A stretch of DNA of 64,000 nucleotides from Trichoplax sp. H2 (Eukaryota). Position 1 is the stretch's first letter, and each line of letters opens with the position of its first letter. The stretch is from contig NOWV01000227.1 in assembly GCA_003344405.1 (NCBI GenBank), forward strand, positions 1 to 64,000. Direction: 5' to 3'. Below, piece by piece: positions 12,090 to 25,219 of this stretch. The notes under the pieces were generated by a model. That model was not told where the DNA came from. It saw only the letters and a program-made list of their open reading frames with translations, and ran no database searches. The translations under genes and the position numbers were made by a program.

Positions 12090-13400
12090 TTTCAATTTTA
12101 GCTTGCATAAAGTATCAAGTGCAAATGATGACAATGAATTTTAAGTTGTAATATTGTATATTTTCAATATACACATCCATACTTTGGCTTTAATTCATTA
12201 TTTTAATTTTTGTAACACATGAGCTTAAATGATGGCAAAGACTTCTGATTGGTAATATCATTATACACATACATGCTTAACTCCAATTCATGCTTTAGCT
12301 TGAGCAAAGTATAGAATATAGATGATGAAAATTAAATTTTAAGTAGTAATACCATGCATATTCAACATATATATTTGGGTTCCAAGTTCTCGTTTTAGCT
12401 TATACAAAGTATAGAATATAGATGATAATAATTAACTTTAGGTTATAGTATCGTACACTTTCAACATATATATGTACTTTGGTTCCTATTTATCGTTTTA
12501 GCTTGCACAAAATATAGAATGTAGATGATGGTAATTAATTTTTAGTTGCAATACCATACATTCTCAACATGCATACTTTTGGTTCCAATTTACGTTTTAG
12601 CTTGCACAAAATATAGAATGTAGATGATGACAATTAATTTTACGTTGTAATATCATACATTTGTAACATACGAGATACATACTTTGGTTTTAATTCATCA
12701 TTTTAGCTTACAAATAAAATATAGACCGGAGATGATGATATTAATTCTGAGTTGTTCTACCGTACACTATCATACCATGGTTATAACTCATCGTTTTAGC
12801 TTACACAAAGCATAGAAGGTGAATGATGATAGTTCATTTTAATCTACAATATAATACCAATTTTCAATAGTTGTACTTTGTTTTCAGTTCATTACTTTAG
12901 CTTTACAAGGTATAGAGTGTAGATGATAGTAAATTTTAAGGTCTGATACGATATATTTTCAATATTACTTGACAGAACCATTACAAAATCAATCAAAAAA
13001 AAAAGTTTCCTATTTCACGACAAGGAATATCATTCATTTTCACTTGCTCAAGACAACGTGAACCGGATGATATTAGTATAAGTACATGCATCCTCCATCA
13101 TTTTATATTATGAAAATGATTTATGTATAATTTACTTCCAATTCACCGTTTTAAAAATCGCAAAGTATAGAATGTTGGTGATGGTGATTCATTTTAAATT
13201 GTAATACTGTACGTTTCATTGGACATTACTTTTAATTTATCATTTTTACTTTCGCAAAGTATAGAATTTGGTTGATAGTAATTAGTACATTTTAGGTTGT
13301 AATGCCGTACACTTTCAATAGACCAATTTTAGCCTCTAATTCATTATTTTAGTTGTTATAAAGCATAGAATGTAGATAATGATAATTAACGTTAAGATCA
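12090..13400. repeat. Degenerate tandem array, about 11 copies of about 100 bp
   Basis: tttagctt.cacaaagtatagaat.tagatgatg recurs at about 12097, 12294, 12394, 12497, 12596, 12702, 12796 and 12897, and again at about 13150, 13246 and 13349. Confidence 0.9.
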
Positions 13401-14068
13401 AATACCTGCCAAATTATCCTAGTGCCATTTTATTGTTATAGACCATTACAGTATCCATTGAAATCTTTCAAAATTTAGACATAACATAGAAAGATATCGA
13501 GTTAATACGGTATTTATAATTTTAATTCTTTCCAGGAAAAAGAGCCATCAAGAAAAATTTATTCAGGGGCTGATATTGTATATCTACCGTAGTAAGGGAG
13601 ACGGGATAATAATGGAATTAAAAGTAATTTTTGACTTTGGTGAGAAAGAATAACAACGTAGACAAAATTTATTAAAAGTTGCATTGGACGCTAGTAGCTA
13701 CGCGAGTAAATTTCAATTCAATTTTGCCATATTTTTGATCAAGTAGCTTAAAAATGCCCCAATTGGACTTAGTTTTGTTCGTCATGAACAGAATTTACAT
13801 TGATTATTGCGTTGTTCCCTGGCGAGATGTCAAGAGATTTTAAATTGTTCTAGCAGTAATAATAGCCGTTGTACTAATTTCATTTCCTTCAATAGCATCC
13901 TATATTGTCTGATAAAGTAAATTTAATTAACATGGAAATTATAGTTGTGATCTTATCATATTCAGACTTTTAGGCCATTAACCGGATAATTCAAGCTCTA
14001 ATTTTTTGTTATGCATATGCTATAAATGACCATCGTAGAAATGAAATCATTTTAACCGATATTGCACC

Positions 14069-15469
14069 TCAAAGGTATTCAAAAACGTAATCTTCATCAT
14101 CTTCAGAGTCTTTATTCTCCATTTTTACATAATCGATAGTTTCTATACATGCACTGAAACGGACGCTTTTTCGTTTCGTTTTGCCATCGATTTCAGAAAT
14201 TGGAGTAGAGCTCGATGAATCTAAAGAATTACTGCGCCGTTTCTGTGGTTGTTGATCATGATTGCTAAGGTTTGATGAATCCTTAGAAGTGGTTAGTGGA
14301 TCAAAGTTACAATTATGGTCTTTCAGATGCTTATTTCCATCGCTAAATTTTAATTTTTTCTCTTCTCGAATCAAACCCATCACATCCCATAAACGATTTT
14401 TAAAGTGCTTACGATCACCACTAAAGCAATAACCAAATGGACTGCATATGGTCATGGATAAGCAAACCCAAGATACCACAGCAGGCATATCGCCTGGTAG
14501 AAAGTATGGCGATTGCTTTGCAAATACCACAATATACCATAAACGTAAAGGGATCCAAATTAATGACGATTTTAACATTATCGGTAGATAGAAGTGAGCA
14601 CTACATTCATCGGTTACATTAATGTAGAGTTTATTCAACTGATTGCCGAAAGTATCAATCAAATAAAATAATTGCCATTTAGAAGATTTTTGTGAAGAAT
14701 TTGCTCTCTTTCTCATTTTACCTGAAGCAGAAGCTAAACTATGCCGGCGTGCCTTAATCCATACTGTACTTAATATCCAACTGTAGCCAATATAGATTAA
14801 TATTGCTGTTATAAAATAAGTAATTGATGTTCTCCATAATGGTTTAGATAATTGCTCAACGCGTTGATAAATATCATCCGAGATAGAATTGGGCATGAAT
14901 GTCAGTAATCTATTCTTGCCTTGACTCTTCGTGCTGTTGTTATGCGCTAAAAAGATGGTCCAAATTGTAGCACAGCTGGATGTGGCATTGTGATCATCGC
15001 GAATAGGAGAGATTTCATCAATATTGGATGGTAAATGATCATCACCATAGAATGAGATACATATTGAACAAATCAGAATAACGAATGGATAGAGAATACG
15101 GCGACGAAGTAGAAAAGGCAATTGATTACGTTGAATAGTTTTCATTAAATCACCGTACTGTTCGACTGTCATACGAATAAATATACAAACGATGGCTAAT
15201 GTCAGCAGAAGATCGGATAGTAATGGACATGAAGAGCATAACTGATGATTTACTAGATGTGAATTAATGATGGACGAGATCGATGTCGACAAGATCGATA
15301 TAATTAAATTGGTATAAGCAATATGGCGAAAAAATTTCTTCGTAATACCAATTCGTAAGCTACGATTTTGATAAATTATCGGCGACATATATGCAGTGCC
15401 AACAGCAGTTAAGATAAAAGCAGCTGCTAATGATATTATTTGCTCATCTTTTTGATTATTGATCCACAT
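14069..15469 (-). CDS. Divergent orphan rhodopsin-like (class A) 7TM GPCR, intronless
   Basis: The first ATG is at 15469 (466 aa); the ORF track start at 15517 is a TTG. There are about 7 hydrophobic segments, with degenerate motifs EQY (DRY position), IWIP (CWxP) and SPFGY (NPxxY), and Cys residues before TM3 and in ECL2. Confidence 0.7.
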   Translation of the reverse strand: MWINNQKDEQIISLAAAFILTAVGTAYMSPIIYQNRSLRIGITKKFFRHIAYTNLIISILSTSISSIINSHLVNHQLCSSCPLLSDLLLTLAIVCIFIRMTVEQYGDLMKTIQRNQLPFLLRRRILYPFVILICSICISFYGDDHLPSNIDEISPIRDDHNATSSCATIWTIFLAHNNSTKSQGKNRLLTFMPNSISDDIYQRVEQLSKPLWRTSITYFITAILIYIGYSWILSTVWIKARRHSLASASGKMRKRANSSQKSSKWQLFYLIDTFGNQLNKLYINVTDECSAHFYLPIMLKSSLIWIPLRLWYIVVFAKQSPYFLPGDMPAVVSWVCLSMTICSPFGYCFSGDRKHFKNRLWDVMGLIREEKKLKFSDGNKHLKDHNCNFDPLTTSKDSSNLSNHDQQPQKRRSNSLDSSSSTPISEIDGKTKRKSVRFSACIETIDYVKMENKDSEDDEDYVFEYL

Positions 15470-16584
15470 TTTTCCGAAGAGACCAGCAATTTCCAATTCA
15501 ATCCTTTGGGTATTCAACTTAATCTTGTTTGTGTTGTATGATGTTTTAGCCTTGCAGGTATTCTCTCTACACGTGAAAAATAATTCATTTACCCTTCAAG
15601 CAAACTGAAATATGGTTGATGGAAGTCCTTCCTTACATGAATAATCTTACATAGAGGCAGCATCGATGACTTTGACTAGGAAACCTATAAATCAACGGTA
15701 TGAAAGGAATTTGTCTTGATACAAGGCCAAGGATTGATTGGCGCTAGTTGCTAAATCTGGAATACTATAGAGCATAACATACAATATTGTTAATGGCTTT
15801 CTATTCGTCAATGGTATCCTTTTAATTTGGATAGTTAGGGTATTTAGAAGTTACTTTTATAGAATTGTCATAGATAAATTACCCTTTTATATTCATTATT
15901 ATTATCTATATTAAGAAGTGCTGCTTTGCCATATGGTGCTACAAAATTTGTTTTTGGTCAATAGTTTGAATAGATTTAACGCTGTTAGTATCGATTTGCT
16001 GTTGTGTTTGGTAAAATATACATTTGGTAAATAAGAATGGACTGCAGGTAATAAGCAATCCAATAAACTGATAAAGCAATATCTATTAACACGGTGATAG
16101 AGTGCAATTCTAGCTTTGAAGAATGCTGATCTATAGGATAATACAACTTACTTTCAAGTAGATCAAGAACTAAGCCGCCATCATCAAGCGAAAGTGATAT
16201 TATTCTTTTACTTAACAGTCATAAAACTGGAAATACTAGTGTGAAGTGAATATAGAGAAAATACTTAACTTAGATCTGCATGCAATGGTGTTAATAAACA
16301 TGCGTGCGGTTGGCAGTCAAAAGTGTGAAACAACTTTACAGGTGGATTATTAATTTTTTCTTTATTAACAATTTTCTAACTAATGATGCCATTTCTTTTC
16401 ACTAGATACTACGATATAATTTACACTCAATTTACCGTTAGCAAAATCTTTAACGTTTACAATGATGAAATTCTCTTCTTTATGTCAATATTCAACGATT
16501 GGTCGTTTGATTTACTCATTCAATAGCTTTATCTTCAATTCTTAGATATATAAATAGTATCAATTAACTTATTTTCATAGCAAA

Positions 16585-16870
16585 ATAGGAACAGTTGGCC
16601 GATTGACTAGAAGTAATATCCTATAAAGAGATGGCCGATAAAAGGACTTAATCGATAGTGTGAATCAGCTGATTTTTGTGCTAAAAAATATCAATGGTCG
16701 ATCAGTTGACTAGAAATGGCATTGCACTGAGAGATGTTCAATAGTAATACTGGAATGATTCTGTGAATCAACTAATTTTCACTGCAAATACGAACGGTTG
16801 ATCGATTAATTAGAAACGGTATTGTATAGAGTGAAAATAAAGATAAGTACTTGATTGATGACAATAATTC
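16585..16870. repeat. Degenerate tandem repeat, 3 copies of about 100 bp
   Basis: Variants of g.ttg..cgattgactagaa...gaga occur at about 16592, 16696 and 16796. gtgaatca.ct.atttt occurs twice. Confidence 0.65.
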
Positions 16871-16979
16871 AATGAGTCGTTTGCATAATAGTATGGGAGG
16901 AAAAAGTATGAATGAGTAATTTTTAATTACCTTTCGCTTCTAATGTCATCGTTTAATATAGGTTGGAAATGGTAGCAAT

Positions 16980-19220
16980 TTATTTTATTCTATCCGTATG
17001 TTTATTGCGGGTATTATCAATCACTATAGCAATATCAAAAATCTTGTTGATCAAAGTTAGATTACTATCTGCAAGATATTGACGACCTTAATCATTAATC
17101 ATGACTACCATTCTGTGAATCCAATGTTTCTATACTATCATAGTTTAGTCTATTACTGGAAACTATAGTACCTTCTACTTGTATATTTACTGCCTATCGT
17201 GATAGGAATATTTAAAATATTATAGATCATTGCAAAATCATTGTGTACAATTTATTGCGGACCGTGATCGACATCCTATTCGTCTCTCCCTTATTTTTTT
17301 GTTATTTTCAAGTTGACTTTTTTTAATTTATTGCTAGAAATAGTAGCATCTTATTCTATCGCATGCTAATTATCTATCGTGATGATATCAAAAAATTTTG
17401 TAGATCTTTTTATCGATATAATAAAGTCTTAATATATTTTCTATTATTATTCTTAATACTATCGTCTTTTAGTATTCTCACATTTTTGGAAACAGTAGCA
17501 TCTAATTCCAATCGTATTTTTGTTATCTGTTGCGTGTATTTTCTACTATTCTTTAAACTACTATTTTGCTGGAAACAAGAAACATCTTATCCTACTCTAT
17601 CATACAGTCTTATGTATTTGTCTATCGCGATAGCGATGTCCAAAATCTTCAGAATCAATTTCAACCAATGCTTAGAGAAGCTTCTATTTAAGTGAGTTGT
17701 GTCATGCTCGACACACTATAGTCCCTTACGTATTTTTTTACCATTCTTTATACCGCTATCTTTCAGTATATTGATTGCAATATTAAAGAAATTTATCATA
17801 CAGGGTACTACAAAGCGTGATCGTGATTGGCATCCTTTAAATCCATAGCGTATTTTCTGTGATTCTTTATACGGCTATCTTTCTGCATATTACTGGAAGC
17901 TTAGCATCTTTTCCTACTCGTATGCATACTATCTATCGCGATAGCAATATTCAAATCTTGTAGATCATTAGCGGCATTCTATAAGTCTCCTTTATATTTC
18001 TATTATTTCTATAGCATCGTCTTTCGTTGTATTGCTGAATACTATTGCCCCTTATTCTACTCACGTACTTATTATCAATAACAATGTCGAGAATCTTGTC
18101 AATCAATGTATGCAATACTTTACAGGCAGTCATTCTTATCCACACTGTTAATAGTCCCTATGTATTTTGTTACTCTATGCACTATCGGCTTTCGGTATAT
18201 TGGTGGGCATTGCAGCATGTTACTCAGCTCACATACTTATTATCTATTCTTATAACAATATTAAGAATCTTGTCGATCAACGCTAAATCAAGGTATTCTA
18301 TAGCTTGTAGATAGTCATTCTTATCGACGTTTTGATATAAGCCCTTTATGTATTTCTGTTATTCTCTATCGTCTGCTAGTATTTTACTAGACATTGTGGT
18401 ATGTTATTCTACTCACATGTTTATTATCTATCACGATAGCAATACCAAGACTCTTGTCAATTTAATGTACGTAATACCTTGCAGACAGTCATTCTTATCC
18501 TCTTTTTCTATACAAGCTCTTTGTGTATTTCATTCTATATATTGGCGGACATTGTGGCATAATATTCTACTCGCACGCTTGTTATTATCTATTATCATAG
18601 CAACATTAAGAATTTTGTCGATCGACATTAAATAAATGTATTCTATAACTTGAAGAGAGGCATTCTTATCGACATTTTCTATATAGGCCCTTTATATATT
18701 TTGCTATTCTATACACTTTCGTCTTTCTGCATACGTTAATTAATGGATAATCGGATATTGCTGCATGTTGTTCTTAATATATATCATGATAGCCCTATTA
18801 AAATTTTTTTCGATCGATCAATGCATGCAATATCTTGCAAATAGTTCTTGTTAACATTCTAACAGTTCGCTGTGTACTGTATTTTTGTTATTCTATATAC
18901 TGTCACCTTTTGGTTTTTGCTAGACACCACACCATTTTATTCTACTCACATGCTTATGATCCATCAAGATAGCAATATCAAAAATCTTATTGATCAATTA
19001 TTGCAGCATCTTGCAGATAATTATTCTTATCAACATTCTATTAGTCAGCTATCTAATTTTGTTATCCTTTAACTGTCATCTTTGGGTACATTACTGAAAG
19101 TTGTTGCATTCCATTTTATTCTATTCGCATGTGGATTATCAAAAGATAATGTCTTGGAGATCAATATTAGATAAATACAGGCGGTACCTCATAGGCAGTA
19201 ACCTTTATCGATATTCTAAA
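16980..19220. repeat. Long, highly degenerate tandem array (units about 150-190 bp)
   Basis: Recurrent blocks ttattctactcacatg, atctatc..gatagcaatat..a.aatcttgtcgatc and gcaga.agtcattcttatc appear throughout. Confidence 0.8.
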
Positions 19221-22200
19221 GACCATAACTGTATATAATGTAATTTTTATTGCCAGCTATTGTAGCATGATTGTTCAAGTTAATAATAAGGGTTAAAGGT
19301 AATCATATCACTGCCAAGTTTGAAGATGGCAAAATTAATAGAAAATAATAGCAGTCGTTCCATGTCAATCTAAAATAAAATACATCATTATGCTGCTTAA
19401 AATACCTAATATATGTATTCAAAGATTTATTACCAAATGTTATTGGTGGCTTTTGTTAATTTAAATATTTATTTCCCTCTTTCTTGACGTCATTGTTGTA
19501 AGATTGTAAAAGCATCAAAATGAATTAATTTTAAGAGTAATCCCATAAATCATGTAATAGTTATTCGTGGAATAGCATGGTTGTACGTGATTATAATTTA
19601 GAATTTTAAGAAGAACAGACATTATTTTCATTTTTTTATTGTATAAAAGTTAAGAATCTACGATGTTGGGTAACTGCAATGTAGAAAGCCATTTTAAAAT
19701 CGTCACTTTGATATAAGATAGAGTGCGTAAATATGTAATTAAATATAGGTAGATATCAAATAATTTTTTCTGTAGTCTTAAATTTACCACATGTTATTAA
19801 ACTCAGAATAACTTCTTTCTACTTAAGAAAGAATGGTTTACTGACTATTATCTTCGGAAAACCTATGTAACCCTAGATTTGTAACTATTCTCTACAATTA
19901 TGATCAAATAATAATTACTTTAGAATGTTGCACGATAAACACTTACGATGATTGGACTTATTTATCATTGATGGCTAGTGCTAATCGCCTATGATTAATT
20001 ATCATCACGACTTGGTAATTAATTGCTGTATTTCTCTGTTATTTATTTTTATTTATTATTTCACACTCAATACTTTTTTGTTCTAATTTGTTTTTATATC
20101 GTATCAGTACAGCCTCAGTTTTATCAATATCAGGCTATAGCACTTGTATCATTAACGTGTTTATGCAAGTAAATGACGATAGTTAGGAACGATATTGATT
20201 TTGTGATAATTTTGATAATATCCGATATTGGATTAAGCTATTCTTTAGAAGAAGCCTTGAGGAATGATAATAGATGTTAGAATTATGTCTGGAAAAGTTC
20301 TTGCTAGTTCTGATTAATGCCTTGGGCACCAATACTGTACGTTTATTCACATTTATAAGCCCTCTTCTGTATAACAGTATTATACTACTTAAAACAGCCG
20401 TGAGTTATCTAATTACTGAACCTTAGCGACTAAAAGGATAGAAAATAACGATGGTCAAAGCATTAGTGAAGTTTTTAAAACGCAATAGAGCCTTTCGTCA
20501 TCGATCTGTTAATTAATGCTACTTTCTAGGGTAAAAGTAAGCAATTAATAAGGGTCAGCTGAGTTCGAGAGCCACTACTTTGAAAAGTACTATCTTGATG
20601 ATTGAAGTACTGCTTAAATGCTAGAGTTAAGTTGATGAATTAGCATTCCAGCTTGACAAGTAAAAGTAATAGTCCGAAATTGTGACAGAGTGATGATCAA
20701 AAATATTTAGTACGATGAGTAAAGTCGTCATTAAAGTTCCATATTTTATCCAGAAATGTGCGTGTTGTACAAGTTACTAGTACGACCACGAGATTAATTA
20801 ATAATTAGTTCGCTTAAAAAATCTACAGTAAGTAAGCTATCTAATCTAGGTACAAGAAAAATAATCCATTTCGTGTATAAAGTCAATGTAAGTCATAAGC
20901 AAGTTTGCAATAAGAAGTCTGTGGATATTAAAAAAAATTGGATCGGTCACTTTTGAATGAAAAAATTAATATACTTCGAATACTAATAATGGCAAGTACC
21001 GTATTAAGGCAAAATAGCTAGGTATAAATGCAAGAGTATGACATTTAGATTACTATAATAACATTGAAAAGTTACTGGATACTTTGTTAGAAAAGTAAAG
21101 TAAGTTTATATTCATCATTCTCGGTTTATATAGGTAGATTACTCTTTCGTTCACTCACATTACCGTTTCGATAGCCTAGCACGATATCCTATTTCACCTT
21201 TGGGTTGTCGTCTAATTCGTTGCCGTCCAATTCTGAAAGCGTTTTAAATAAAAGGGGATGGTAATTTTAATGTTTACTACAGTATACAGTAGCAGTCAAG
21301 TAAAATAGCAATTTCCTGTAATCGAGTAGACAAACGCCTACGTCTAATAGCTAAATATTTTATTAAGGTCATATAAAAAAGTTATTAGGGCGTATACAAT
21401 ATGCTGGAGACTTGTACTCTGTACTCTGGACGCCAGGTTACCGATTGGCTATCGGCTATCATTCTATGCGTAGCTATATTAATACTATAGATTTAAGCGT
21501 GGCTGATCAAGTAAACTATTCGCTAGACCACACTGACAGCATAGCGCAAATTAAACTGCAATATTTGCAAAATGAAACTTGAAGCGACTGAAATTTTACT
21601 GCTTCCGAAGTTAATCGATCATCTCTTGTTTGACCTAATAATCTATCCTAGCGTAGCCCTCCGCTACATTTAAGTAACTAAAATCTCATAACAACTTGCT
21701 ATAATAGATTAACGGCAATCATGAATGAGTACTGAATAATTGGACAGTGTGTACACCTTTTATCTAAGCTATCTACAGTTAGTTTAATTGTATAATTATG
21801 TAGTAGGCACACTGTCATCAATTACAGCATATTAATGATGTTATAGATGTACAATTTTATCTGTGATTAGAGTTATCATGAAGGTCTGATTATTTATTTT
21901 GGTAGCTCTCAATACCATGAAAGGTATCATTCACGTCTGAAACGGATTGTAAAAGTGGAGTTTTAAAATGTTAATGTGAGGCAAAAAGCCTATGGAAACT
22001 ACGCTATTCAATTACGGAAAAACACCTTTTATTCCGAATCGTCACTACTACACCTAATCTACTGGCTATAACAAGGATACCGTCTAGTTTATCATTTCAG
22101 ATCATTAGATAAATTAGTACAACAATCCTTACAATCTACTCTAGGCAATTCTAATAATTACCAAATAAAGAAGAATTAATTATTATGCTAGGATACTAAT

Positions 22201-24008
22201 GCGATAGTATAACGGTGAATACTTCCAAATTAAAATTAAAAATTCCGAAATTAATTTACCAAATTAATCCATCGTAACAGGAATATTATCATTAACAATA
22301 TTATGATGCAATGCATGTTCTGAATGGCATGGTACGATTGTATACAGTAATATAGTAAACCAACTAGTCAATCAATCCCGTTCTTGATTTATTTCCATAT
22401 TTTATGTATGCAATATTTATTTATTAATATGTTCAATATCGGTTTGATAGTAGCTTGCTGTATCCGTATTGCTTTCCTATTTTGTGAAGCTTAGTTTAAT
22501 TGAGTAGATATTATTCTGGAAGTGATAAATACCTGGTGATCAATATGCTGTTTACTTTAGCATTATTTGCCGGAATGGTGCAGCCAATCGGCAATTTGGC
22601 GACATTTTATTGAATATTGCACTGCATGATCACTGTAACAGCATTCCTATACTCATTCCTTTACTTGGTATATTCTATACCGCTGTAAACTGATAAATGA
22701 GTCGGTTGAAAAGGGAGATGAATTTTTTTTACATTTTGAAACGTTTTAAATCTCATCTGGATATAAATAAGTATGCTCAAGTCTATCGAAATCAATAAGA
22801 AATCGTAAATAATAATTGATTTAGACCACTGTTTAGTTGCGCTGTTGACATGCTTACATGCGGCTGAAGAAATACACTGTGCAGTACATCTGTGTGAAAG
22901 GCGATATTTAGATTGTCCTGTAGGATTAGCCGGTTAGAGAAACTACAATGTCATTAAGGACCAGTCTACATATATCTTTCATTTTTCAGTCATTGCTGTA
23001 TAACCGAAGGTAATTGAAACTCTATTGCTCACCCTAAGCAGTAAGCATGGACTGCTAGAAGCTCCATCGTTAGTTATGTAACACCCACTCGGTCAATACC
23101 TTTCATTTAGTCGATATTATCAGCTCAAGAAGGCTATCTATGTTTTGTACAGCACAATCTAGATATTGTAGCTCTTGAAGGTGGCTAGTCTATCAGCAAT
23201 GGTTAAAATCCCTTCGTTGTCAATGCAGCGTAGGTGATACTGTCGACAGTTGGTACGTCATGCAGAATATGCTATGATGGAATGCTAGAGTTGTACTGCC
23301 AGAGTATTCTACTTGAATCTCAATGTGGCAAGGATTAATTAGCGTATTTAGTTGCTGTATGGCGTTAAAGAAGCGGATATTTTCAGGCTAGGGGAAAGGC
23401 GCAAAATTAGCTGGTCGTAGTCCCTGCATAATACTAACATGCTAGTATTGTTCCTAACGTGCATATAAGAGGATTGCACCATTGGTATGGTAATGATCAA
23501 AATTGGCAAGTTCTATTCAACAAGAAGGTCTGAAACGGACAAATTCTCTTTTGGCTATGTAGATTCTGCTCCTGCTGGAGCATATCAATCAGATAATTGC
23601 TAATTGCTGTGCAATTAATGTATAGTAGACCATACGAGAATAGCAAAAGTTGTTTGAATCCATGGCTTACCCCCTCTCGACTGAGATGGTTGATTTTACA
23701 GTACATTGTACAGTGACTGTACACTGTATTAGACAATGTACTGTAGGAACAGTCGTGGATAGTGTACCATGTCAGACATACGTCATAGTTGAAATGACCA
23801 GTGGAGAATGTAAGGATTGCGGTATAAATTTCCAAAACATTTTCAGTCAATCTTGAGATTGCTAAACTTTCTTTCTCATCATTCGTTTTCAGTAGACTAC
23901 TGTAATAACATATGACCACTAATGTTAGGAATAGTATCTTGCTAATAGTAGATAATATAATCCTCCCTGATTTATTGAATCATTACTGTTGTCCATGATT
24001 TTAGGCCA

Positions 24009-24210
24009 CTCTGTATGATACAGTACTCATGACCTTATACAGTAAGCTATAACTTCATCTTATAATAGAGAGTATATAGGATAACTGTGATGGTTTGCAA
24101 CGTCATGGGTACTAAAGTGTGTTACTTTAGTCGATGATGGAAGAGTATTCTCTGTATGATACAGTACCCACCACCATATACAGTAGGCTGTAATTTATGT
24201 TTATAATGTT
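24009..24210. repeat. Direct repeat of about 60 bp, spacing 141 bp
   Basis: ctctgtatgatacagtac...atacagta.gct.taa.tt...ttataat occurs at 24009 and 24150. Confidence 0.7.
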
Positions 24211-25219
24211 GGAGACTAAGAGCGGAGCATTATTTAATGGCTTAAAGGACTATTGAAGACAACGATATCCACCATTAGAAACAGTAGTGGCACTGAATAG
24301 CTCGAGTAGACTTTTGAATGGTAGGAAAATGGATTAAAAATAGGGGAAAAAAATCCCAAATCGAAAAGGTTCTCATGGACAGCAGGATATCTGGACGTGA
24401 TCCTAATTTGCCGATTTCAGTGGGTGAAAGTGATAATACGCTTGCGTATAATATCCATAGCAACGTCAACAAAAGCCTGAGATCTTAAGATTGAAGAAGA
24501 CAACAGTGAGTAGAAACAGAACTCTTTGCTTTACTGTACTCTATCGGCAACATAGTTTATAATAGTGTCAATACGATCGAGTACATAGAAACCCACCTCA
24601 ATTTCGAAATACGTACAAGAGAAATTCAGTGGACGCATAATTTTTACATTATCCTTTTGCGGTAAGTTAAGATCAAATTATGATTTAAATACTTTCACAG
24701 TTTACAAAGAAGAAGTTGGAATTTATAACACAAGCCTACTTCATCGTTAAACTACATTAGCATGGAATAATACATTCATCCATCAAAGTTGATTGAATTC
24801 CACCATCATTAAAAAATAGTTTAAGACTTGCTAAATGTAGTTTATACGGGTGCCTACTTATGTCATAGCCAATGAGTTCGATCCTGAAATCCAATTGATT
24901 TTTATAAATGCGTGATGGAGTGCTAATAAACTAGAAATAAAGGTCATAATGGTGTTCTGTCTTAGTTTACAGCATGTAATAAAGATAGATTCAAAATGTC
25001 GTCGTGTGATCTATAGATTGAATTATAATTCAGTAGCATGATTCATTGACGTAATTTTCCTTAGGCAGTTTATGTAGAGTATAGGGAAGAGCTTAAATTG
25101 TGATTTATTTGCCGTAGTCATGTTATCCGAAACATAATTTCTAACTTTGAGCCTATAAGTAATTGAGATTTTTATCTATTGAAAATAGATTCAGAAATTT
25201 AAACCATCTTATATCTATA

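Noticed and set aside
17363..19072. Several hydrophobic ORFs of 60-110 aa
   Set aside because: They lie within an AT-rich degenerate repeat array and have no recognisable domain.
23497..23919. 140-aa minus-strand ORF and the overlapping Cys-rich 68-aa plus-strand ORF
   Set aside because: No ATG at the listed starts, no recognisable domain, and no supporting exon chain.
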